Below the pieces are notes generated by a model that saw only the letters and a list, made by a program, of their open reading frames with translations, ran no database searches and was not told where the DNA came from. The translations under genes were made by a program, and so were the position numbers. A stretch of DNA of 63,596 nt, filler included, from Octopus bimaculoides (Eukaryota): assembly GCF_001194135.2 (NCBI RefSeq). It is 8 parts of 8 records of this genome, joined end to end, with 100 filler letters (N's around TTAATTAATTAA, not from the genome) between each part and the next. Parts side by side here need not be neighbours in the genome. Positions count along the whole stretch, not along the records: positions 29,832 to 48,015 come from NC_068985.1; 7 more parts are not named here. One strand, written 5' to 3'. Shown in pieces: positions 38,172 through 48,115 of the stretch. The stretch's first letter is position 1; each line of letters begins with the position of its first letter.

Positions 38172-38460
38172 TTGTTGTATTTCGGGGTGGTCATTTTCTT
38201 TCTTGCCAAATAAACACACGCAAGTTCTTCATTCGTTTATTATTGTTTTTATTTTAGTTTCCTTTGTCTGGAAATCCTGTGACCTCTTCGGTGATTCTCT
38301 ATCACACGTGTCTCAGTAGTCGAAGAGGTCACAGGATGTGTGACGGAAGATTTCCAGACAAAGGACACTAAAATAAGAACAAAATTAAGCTGAAGTGAAC
38401 GGCTAATATATAGTGCGTGTGTTTATTTGGAAATAAAATTACCATCTCGAAATATAACAA
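38172..38460. repeat. imperfect fold-back (MITE-like) element
   Basis: Outer arms ...ccaaataaacacacgca / tgcgtgtgtttatttgg; perfect 17-bp inner stem 38274-38290 / 38321-38337; a further 15-bp stem tcctttgtctggaaa / tttccagacaaagga. Confidence 0.85.
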
Positions 38461-38514
38461 TATGTTTCTAGCTATTAGCCATATTCATTGATCGAGATAT
38501 ATGCAGATATATGT

Positions 38515-38562
<48 letters not shown>

Positions 38563-38665
38563 ACAATCTAGCCATCAATGTATACAAGTGAACGTGTTCA
38601 TATATGAATTCTTATATAAATTTACATATGAATATATGTATATGTATGCACACACGCACTCAAAA

Positions 38666-38733
<68 letters not shown>

Positions 38734-39876
38734 TGCTTGATGAAGAAATAGTAAGCAGACAATAGATGGGATATTCAAAGTTTTATATGATAGACATAAT
38801 ATTTTTTAAATTCTCTTCACTGCGAACATCTCATGATGTGAACGTATTCTGCACCCAACCATGTGTACGAGCTTGCGCATTTGAATACTTTACTATACTT
38901 ACTTTTATTTAAATATAAATGACTCTAAACGTATATGTGTTTAGATATGCCTATTTATTCATGCACATATATATGGATATTATATACAGAAATAATGTAT
39001 AAAATGTGGAGAGATAGTGTACGGATAGATATATGTAGGCAGGGAGGCATGTATGTTTTAAATATATCTATTTAGATGAATGTTTATTTATACACACGCA
39101 CACATATACACACACACACACATATGCATGTGTGAGTATGTGTGTACGTATGTATGTATGTAATGTACATATTTACATGTGTTTTTACATATATATATGT
39201 GTATATATATNNNNNNNNNNNNNNNNNNNNNNNNNNNNNNNNNNNNNNNNNNNNNNNNNNNNNNNNNNNNNNNNNNNNNNNNNNNNNNNNNNNNNNNNNN
39301 NNNNNNNNNNNNNNNNNNNNNNNNNNNNNNNNNNNNNNNNNNNNNNNNNNNNNNNNNNNNNNNNNNNNNNNNNNNNNNNNNNNNNNNNNNNNNNNNNNNN
39401 NNNNNNNNNNNNNNNNNNNNNNNNNNNNNNNNNNNNNNNNNNNNNNNNNNNNNNNNNNNNNNNNNNNNNNNNNNNNNNNNNNNNNNNNNNNNNNNNNNNN
39501 NNNNNNNAATGCACTTATTTTTTAAAAATATTTATTTACTTAACCGGTTTCACTTTTTTAGAAAAAGATTATCAAAAGTCTTTGAGAATAATAAAAAATG
39601 TTAAAAAACAGTTCGAGAATTAAAATGCATATATACATTCTTTGATGATAAAATATATTTAAAGTATAAAGCTTTGTATGAACTTTGTATTGTTACATAC
39701 TGATTATCACACATTCTCTGATATTAAAATGAAAATGTTAAAAACAGTGTATGAAAATACACATATGGAATAATACATATACATATTCTTATACATATTC
39801 TTTGACAATCGAATAAAGTTGAAGAGGAACTGACCTGGCTTTTTCCTCTTGTGTATATTGAGGGAATGTTTTACTA

Positions 39877-40096
39877 TATATATTAGAAGAAATAATAAGG
39901 TACTCAAATATCTGGATGGTTGTACATTTACAGATTTTTATTGATATGTCACAAGTTTTTTTTATAAATTAGTGCTTGCATCTATTCTTGTAGATTCAAG
40001 AATAGGTGCAAGCGCTAATTTATTAAAGCATGTGACATATTAATAAAAATCTGTAATCCAGATACCTGAGTACCTTATTATTTTTTCTAATATATA
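39877..40096. repeat. fold-back hairpin (~105-bp arms, 6-nt loop)
   Basis: tatatattagaagaaataataaggtactca...ttgcatctattcttg [tagatt] caagaataggtgcaag...tgagtaccttattattttttctaatatata; few mismatches and one 11-nt bulge. Confidence 0.88.
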
Positions 40097-40117
40097 ATTC
40101 CTGTACATCACCTCCAA

Positions 40118-40159
<42 letters not shown>

Positions 40160-40197
40160 GTGTGAGTGAATGCTTACATTTCTATTTTATCTTTCAG

Positions 40198-40306
40198 ACA
40201 CTACCGACCAGTCAAAGATCCTGGACTCTTACCCCCTGAATCACCTTCCAGAATAACACTCGAAAGACTAAACACCAATTATACCGCTAACTATACAATT
40301 GTATAA
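40198..40306 (+). CDS. terminal coding exon of host gene (HYRPVKDPGLLPPESPSRITLERLNTNYTANYTIV*)
   Basis: Acceptor tttctattttatctttcag; the phase-2 start joins AG|A = Arg; TAA at 40304-40306; AATAAA at 40546 and 40557. Confidence 0.75.
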
Positions 40307-40380
40307 CATTGACATTGGAAGCTTGTATACGTAATATAAATACCTCGTTGTAATTCACACACACACACACATACATACAT

Positions 40381-40424
<44 letters not shown>

Positions 40425-42907
40425 CCAATACCAACTCTACCACCGAAGCACACGATTTAATTTTCGCATAATCACTATATCCGATGTCCACCGATTATTT
40501 CTAGCATCATCAACAAAAAATATAGAACTACAATGAAATTCAACAAATAAAAATCGAATAAACCCAAACCCCGCCCCACCAAATATTTAATATAATTCCC
40601 TCTACTAGGAATATGTGATTAGCGAAAGATTTCATCTTATCTGCAACGTTCTCTTTTGCGTTGTTCTATTGTCCGTTGAAGATTCAAAAAGTGTGCTCAC
40701 CAAAGAATGAAATGCTTCTGCTGCAATGGAATATACATATAAAAGGGGTGAATGGCGAAGGCAGACAAAACACTGAGAAATCATTTAGAAAGATATCATC
40801 AACCAATGAACATAATTATTTTAATGTGTCAAAGAAAATATCAAGCTTAACAAGAACTTTTGGACGCTCTTATTTATTTCATTTCATTTTATTTTTTTAT
40901 GACCAAGATTAATGGACTAATCGATATCATATAGAGACTTCTTATAAAAAAAAAAATAACTTTGACACAAACGGTTGACTGCTTTGAGCTGTCCTATTCA
41001 TCCCTTTGCATCCTGAATTTCAATTCCCGCTGACACGGACTTTGCGTTTCATTTCTCTAAGAATCGTAAATTAAGCAGCCATTCAGTACAGTTGGGATCA
41101 GTTTAATCTACCGTAACCATCCGTTGAAGTTTGAGGCCTCATGCCATTTTTTTAATGGAATGTGTTCGTATGTTATACTAGGACAAAATGTTTAGTAAAA
41201 GATGTTTTTCGTAGCAGAAATTCTATTTTCCTAGATGAAAAGTGAATTATTATTTTTTTAATTAAGTGGGTGGATAGTATAATCAGTGAAGTCCAGATGA
41301 AATTATCTCCCCTGCTCTGAGTTCAAATCCTGCTGGAGACTACTTTTCTTTTTTATCATTCCGGGGTAAAAAAAGTAAGTCAGTCAATCATTAGTGGGGT
41401 TCTAATTTCACGTTGAAATGTGTGGCTCTGTGCTTCTGTTATAAATCATTAATCTTGTTGATAATAATGCTTTGTAGATGGTCAAGGTGGTAATTTTACA
41501 GACTAAATGCTCCCTAATATATCTGCTCATCTGCATTTTATTTATTGGCATTCAAAGTTCCTACCGAACTTGACCATAGCTGATATCCCACCAGAATCAA
41601 TGAAAGAAGAATCAACGATGCACTAATGCGAACTCATCTAATTGTAATGTTTAATTGAAATGCAGTTGTCAAATATCGCAGAGCCAAGTCCGTGACACAG
41701 TCGTATTTATCTATGATGAGGAACTTGATAAACCATAATCTTTATACGATGCCAAACCTCCGTACATTCTCTATAAATACCTACCTTTGTTCAAAATTAT
41801 GAAATTAATATTAAGCACCTCAAATTGTTGATGGAATTAACTTAAACAATTAGAACAACAGTCTAAATGTGTAATTATATTTAGTGACGTTCTACAAAGA
41901 TTTTGCTCAAATTCCACGAGGATCGATAATCCCTATCATTGATTCTGAGGTCGATGAAATAAGTGCCAGTGAACCAATGAAATCAATTCAAAATGTTATT
42001 ATACCACCCACAACAACCTTTAGGCTTCTGCTAAATTTGGAACCAGAATTTAAGCAAGACCTCGCTTGTGCCATATTTGAATGTGATATTTACATTTTCA
42101 TATAAACTGAAGAAAAGATTCATGAGTACAATCAGGACTAATTTATTCATTCATTTGTTAAACATTTTGTTTTAAGAATCCCAGCTCAACTAAGATTTGG
42201 GTTCTTATATCCACACGCTTGTACAAAGTAGAAAAACACAAAAATATACAGTATTACACACTGATTTCAAGAATCTATCATTTTTTATAATTGTTGCTCG
42301 ATGAATACAAAACTTACAATGTAAATTTTCGTTCTCATTTTCAATTGAAAACAGGTTCCTTCAAATTTATATTTTACGAAACTAAATATAGGACGCAAGA
42401 GTTATTTGACGACAATTGACTATGAGTATAATATTCAATTGAAACAAATTAAAAGGTTTTTATTTCTTTCAGATCCCACATGGGCAAATAAAATGCCACT
42501 ACAAGAAATGAAAAGACATTCAGTCATTGTTGCCATATGTATGGAATGGAACAGAACGATTTAGAAATTCCCAACTTTATAAATGTTGCATAGTCACAAA
42601 GGTCGAATAGAATTGGAGGCCTTTAGTAGAAATGTTTGAACTGCATCAAAGATTTAAAAAATGTTCTAAATGTTTGGTCACTATAGGGATACCGTAATTC
42701 ATGCAACAGATTCAAACACTTATCGATAATGATCCCCGAAAGAACAATGAGGGCCAGTGGTAAACAATTTCAGGTGTCAGCACAGACTAACAGAAGTTAG
42801 GACGTTCGATACAAGTCGTGTGTATTTAGGAGTGCCATCCATGTCTGAAACGACGGGAAAACAGTTTCATCAGTCTCAAGCGTTACTTTACTATTGTAAC
42901 GTAGTTA

Positions 42908-43150
42908 CTCGTCGCCAATTATAATAGTATCGCCACTATTTATGACGATACACTATAACCGTATAGTAACAATAAAATATATAACGAGGCAGGGTAACAA
43001 CAAGCGATATTCCGACGAACTACCAAAAGGACACCTTACGACTTCCTGCGATTAACACCTACTCTCTCTCTGTCTCTCACTCAGACCGCTACTAGTTATA
43101 TTCGTTAGGTCAAGTTTATTCTCGCAAGGGTTATCGCGACTCTCGCCACA
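42908..43150 (-). mobile_element. possible truncated LTR followed by PBS-like TGGCGACGAG
   Basis: Minus strand starts TGTGGCG at 43150; tggcgacgag at 42917-42908 resembles a tRNA-Ser PBS. No clean CA end and no TSD. Confidence 0.35.
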
Positions 43151-43263
43151 ACATTAACGAAGTTAAAAACTGTCACGAATGCATACTTTGGTTCTTTTCT
43201 GATGAGAAAAACTTCTGTTCGACCAGACGTCTAACAGAAAAAATAACAGATATGACGCACGCG

Positions 43264-43467
43264 TGAGGGCGCGCTGAAAAGTTCATATCTTTGGGTAAAA
43301 GAAAATGGAGGAGGGTCAGTTAATTATGATTTCATTCAGCATATTCCTGTCTCAGATTCACACATACATTACCGCAGTCCTTCAGTATTTCTAAACCCTG
43401 AAGGCTGGTCCTCCAGCCAGGCCTTTCACGAGACCTTTAAAGCTAGGAACTTTTCAACACACCCTCA
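43264..43467. mobile_element. Tc1/mariner-type MITE (~204 bp)
   Basis: TIRs tgagggcgcgctgaaaagttcatatcttt / aaagctaggaacttttcaacacaccctca; 5 mismatches in 29 bp; no coding capacity. Confidence 0.75.
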
Positions 43468-43500
43468 CACACACACATACATACATATATNNNNNNNNNN

Positions 43501-43532
<32 letters not shown>

Positions 43533-44089
43533 CTGCGGATCCTTCTTATATTCCTAGAGTGCTACACACTAAGTGTCAAGCAGTTGTGATGGTTTCGGGA
43601 GCGGAGATAGACGAAGGTCATGTCATGCCAACTCACACCTTTCTACAGAGCCTTAGAATTTATACTGCCTGATAGGTTGAGGTGCTGGAGACAGTTTTTA
43701 AGCCCCAGATGGGTGAAGTACTTAGTGGAAAGACATACGTGTTTCTATCAGGCCCAATACCGTTTCACAAAGTCATATATCTCAAGAATGGATGTCAGAC
43801 AATCATTACTGTCATGTAACAGCTACCTTAACACCTCCAAACTCACCGTAAAGACACAAGCATTTTACCATCACCCACCTACTCTTGAAAAAGATCTTTT
43901 AACCCTGTTTACTAAAATTTATATTTAAAGTGTAAACTGTTTGGTTTTACTTTATAAATGTATCTGTGTGTGGAACGGTTATCAGAAATACAATTGGGAT
44001 ACGTTTGCTACTGGTAACCAAGTAAGCTAAGATGGGATGTGCATAGCAGAGACATCAAAGAAGTCCCATTAAACTTCATTTGTGCAGAG

Positions 44090-44596
44090 GTTCATTTTTT
44101 GACACTCTTCTTGATAAAAAAAAACATGCCAAAAGGAGGATGACCAGAAGAAAGTCGAAGTTCATCTAATATAGTTAGAGAGATTTACGGAAGAATGTTA
44201 CGATCGAGAAGGTGAATCACAATTCCTTTTTTGTGTGCACAGCTTGTGACAGACCATGTCTTTCTATTTCTGGGCTCAAATCTCATTTGCAAACCCATGG
44301 AAAACGATCCGCCACCAACTATTCTGCCTATATGTATGTGCACATCTTTCAATGCAGTGTATGCCAGAAGGTTTGCAAATCTAACGGAGGCCTCAAAAGA
44401 CATTTTAAGATCCACAAATATCAGAACTTATCTGCAGCTCTTGGTGGTCCAAATCGGATATCCAATCTATGTAGGTGTCTTTTCAAAACAACGTCTGGTT
44501 TAAAATACCTCATCAGATGCCATGATGGTTCTAAGGTGTAGATACAGGAAGTGGTCAAACTTTGCATAAGGAGTAGACAACCAACACCACCACCAT
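44090..44596 (+). mobile_element. probable RTE-like LINE 3' end encoding C2H2 zinc fingers
   Basis: ORF 44212-44541 has two canonical C-x2-C-x12-H-x3-H fingers (CTAC...HLQTH; CSVC...HFKIH) and a third degenerate one. It is preceded by a basic FFD...KKKHAKRR...RRK segment and followed by a (CAA/CAC)n tail. Confidence 0.55.
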
Positions 44597-44817
44597 ACAT
44601 ACATATATATATATACGTGGGCTTCTTTCAGTTTCCGTCTCCCACTCCCAAAGCTTGTAGGTGATCCATGACAATAGTAGAAGATACTTTTTCAAGATGC
44701 CACGTAGCTAGATTGTACACGGAACAGTGTTTGTTTGTTTGTTTGTGCGCGTGTATGTGCGCGCACGCCTGTGTGCGTCTACACATATATGCATATGTCT
44801 GTGCATGTATAAATGTG

Positions 44818-44848
<31 letters not shown>

Positions 44849-45589
44849 CGTGTGTGTGTGTGTGTGTGTAAAACAAAGTTATTTTATTCCACACGGGTAG
44901 AAATATAGGAAAAATAGAAGTTGAAAATGCGCTGAGAATAGTTAAAATAACTTTCATTAATATATTTAATGGTTTAACAAGTTTCACAGCTTACACTGAT
45001 TTTCAAAAAGTTGAAATAGAAAGACGTTGCTTATGTCGCGGCTGCCTTACTTCTGACTAGTGTTTGAAGCATGCCCTGTTTTTATAGAGAGTTCATGGCT
45101 CAAATTAGTTTATGTTTTGAATAAAATTTGATTGGTAGAAGATAGTCACATGACTGGTTTTAGAAATTTTTAGGTTCCCCGCTACGTCCGTGTGTTAGCA
45201 TCAAGTGACAATGTTTGGCGTCGTAAGTTAAAGCTGACACGGTTGACTGAACATGTCTAAAAAATTAATGCTCTGAATGTTTACTGTCAAATGTTTGTAG
45301 AGAATGAACACATGATTAAGTTTAGAAGCTTTTATACGTTTCCCGCTAGGTCCGTGCGTTAGTGTCAGGTGACAGTATATTTTGAGCCTAAAAAGAAGGT
45401 CGACACAGTAGGGTGAACATGTTTAGTTACAATCAAGGCACTCCAAGTTTAATCAGTCTAGTGGGAGAGTGGTCAGGAGTTGTTTGTATGTAGTCCAGTG
45501 GCTAAAGTTTAGCTGCGTAGGTTCCTCATGTTAAGTGGCAGAATGAGTTTTGTGTGTGAATAGTTATTAGTGTATGTTCTCTATTAAAG

Positions 45590-46084
45590 CTTGTTAAGTT
45601 TTAGTTTGTACTTTTCTACGAAAGTATTTTATTGTTTATCTGTGCTCCATCTATGGTATTCGCTGAACATAGGTAGAGTGGGAAGATCTGGAATTTGGGG
45701 CGGGGGGTTATCTTTTGCACATATGTGTCCACTCAGTGGAATCTGTCCCGTACTGGGATTTCGTATTTGTTGTCGGTGCGTGGTCAGTCTATTTCTTAGA
45801 ATAAGCTTTGTTTGACCTATGTAATCTTCATTACATCCTTGACATTTGATAGCGTATATCAAATTCCTTGAAGAACATTTAAAGTGATCTTTTACGGTAA
45901 AAATATGTCCTGATTTGAATCTGTATGTTGTGTCTTCAATAATGTTGATGCAAGTCCCGCAACTGGGGCGGCTACGCTTTTTGACTGTTGGTGTTGTAAT
46001 TTTGGAAGATAATTTAACTCTTGTAAATATATCCCTGCTTTCTAGGCGGTACAGTCTTATTTTGTAATACGGCCATTTCTCCAT
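45590..46084 (-). mobile_element. Penelope-like element fragment: GIY-YIG endonuclease
   Basis: CGTC...CSSRNLIYAIKCQGCNEDYIGQTKLILRNRLTTHRQQI...LSGHI; reading past one stop gives KQ*NTFVEKYKLKLN, a typical GIY-YIG end. Confidence 0.85.
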
Positions 46085-46283
46085 ATTGGAGAGACACTAT
46101 ATCAATAATCTTAGCCCAAGGGATGGCCGCATTCGTGAAGTAGTCAACAACGACTACGATAAGCAATTATCAGGTATCAGAACTCAATCAGTTATTAAGA
46201 TATTTGCGAAGTTTCCACTATTGTGTCCTGGTTTTTAAATGTTAGGTATGGCACAACTCATAAAGATTTGGGAATGTAGTGTG

Positions 46284-46333
46284 ATTGATCCTGATGAACG
46301 TACGCATGTACGGGAAACTATTAGTAGCACGAT
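46284..46333 (+). ncRNA. minimal type-I hammerhead ribozyme motif (stem I decayed)
   Basis: CTGATGA (46291-46297) a-CGTAC-gcat-GTACG-g GAAA CTA-T-TAG-T A (GUA site) gcacgat. Stems II and III are good; stem I pairs only partly. Confidence 0.55.
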
Positions 46334-46384
46334 AAGTACATGTAGTTGAAACGTTTAGTAATATGTGCATATATAGATATATCT

Positions 46385-46590
46385 TTTCTTTTATCTTTTA
46401 TTTACTTTTGTCATCATACTGAGGCCATGATGGGACACCACCTTAACTATTAGTCGAACGAATCGACCTCAGTCCTTTTTTTAAGCCTGGTACTTATTCT
46501 ATCGGACATTTTTGCAGAACCACTAAGTTACGGGGACATAGACACACCAACACTGATTGACAGGTTAAGGTGCGAGACAAGCACAGACAC
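46385..46590 (-). mobile_element. SINE family A 3' fragment (decayed)
   Basis: gcctggtacttattctatcgg...ctaagttacggggac...acaccaacac. Confidence 0.7.
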
Positions 46591-46627
46591 AGCCATATAA
46601 ATATACCTATTTATCTATCCATCGAGC

Positions 46628-46665
<38 letters not shown>

Positions 46666-46978
46666 AATATATAAATATATATACGCGCGCGCGAGCGCAC
46701 ACACACTCACATATATATAAAGTTTTCGCAGTATATGGATTCAAGTAAACCCCTTGTACTCATAAAAAAAGCTCCTTAATGTATCATTGTACAAACCATA
46801 TAGAAGATATAGCAATACACAAGAGAAAAAGATAAGGAGTGTATAAAGTCATAAATGATAGAGAAATATTTGGATGAAATTATATTTTAACAAAAGAAAA
46901 ATCCAAATATCTCACAAATTAGTTTCGTAACTCAAAAACATGCAAATAATTTATATTACTTACATGTCTGCATTATTT

Positions 46979-47161
46979 CAAAATGCCAAAAATTCGTTCA
47001 AAATAATGCAGAATTTGAGCAAGGTCGCCAGGTGAAAACAAGTTATTGCTACCCAATATATGGATTCAAATAATCCGGTAGTACTCATTAAAAAAGATTT
47101 TCTTTCATCTGACGACCTAGCTCAAATTCTGCATTATTTTGAACGAACTTTTTGCATTTTG
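46979..47161. repeat. inverted repeat, 59-bp arms
   Basis: 46979-47037 vs the reverse complement of 47103-47161: 5 mismatches; 65-bp spacer. Confidence 0.88.
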
Positions 47162-48115
47162 TGATATTTGGATTTTTCTGATGAATATATAATAGTTAAG
47201 TCGTTTTACTATGTGGAAATAAAGATGGACGGACAAAGACTCAACGCATCAGAATGTATTGTTAAAGAGTATAGTGAGATTTATTCAGAAATAGAATTTC
47301 TGTAATCCATTGTAAAACGTTATGTGTTGATCAAATGAATCCTGTGCTTGTATGATCGGGATATATTTATCAAAATGACGGCATTTATTCAATATTCATG
47401 ATCTAACAATTTTGGATAATTTTTGATTCGTTAATATTTTTGTGAATGGGGTTCTCTTTACTATACTATTTAAAGCCCTTAACGATTCGACTCATTTCTG
47501 CATGGTGCGTTTCTCACGAAGATAAACAATGATACAGAAATCGGTTGCATATTTTATAGACATTGCAGGAATGACAGCGAGGATGTCTGTTGAAAGTTGA
47601 CGGCTCAGAGGAATCTGATTTTCAATCTCCTCATAGAAACCTCCGTAACTTGCGTAATAAAAAAGCAATAGTCATCATAAAAACCATCTGCAGCTCGAAA
47701 TTAAGAAACATCGTACATGGAAACTCATACGTCGTCACCAAGTTTCGGTGAATATCATAATTCTTGTTTATGTTATTTTCAGCTTACGTCTTCTTAACTT
47801 TTTCAGGTCACGCTTTTAAACAAGTCTCAATATTCATTGAATATATTTTTGTCCAACTGTGCATTGTTAAGACCCTTTTATTACTCTCCTATCGTTTATC
47901 AAAACGGATTTACTGAAAACGCTTCAGGGAAAGAGAAAACTATATATTGACCTAACACACACACACATACACACACACACACATACACACACATACACAC
48001 ACACACACATATATANNNNNNNNNNNNNNNNNNNNNNNNNNNNNNNNNNNNNNNNNNNNTTAATTAATTAANNNNNNNNNNNNNNNNNNNNNNNNNNNNN
48101 NNNNNNNNNNNNNNN

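Noticed and set aside
38321-38365. CGAAGA-GGTCAC...GTGAC-GGAAG as a hammerhead
   Set aside because: The core and GAAA are both altered, and no stem I or III can be formed.
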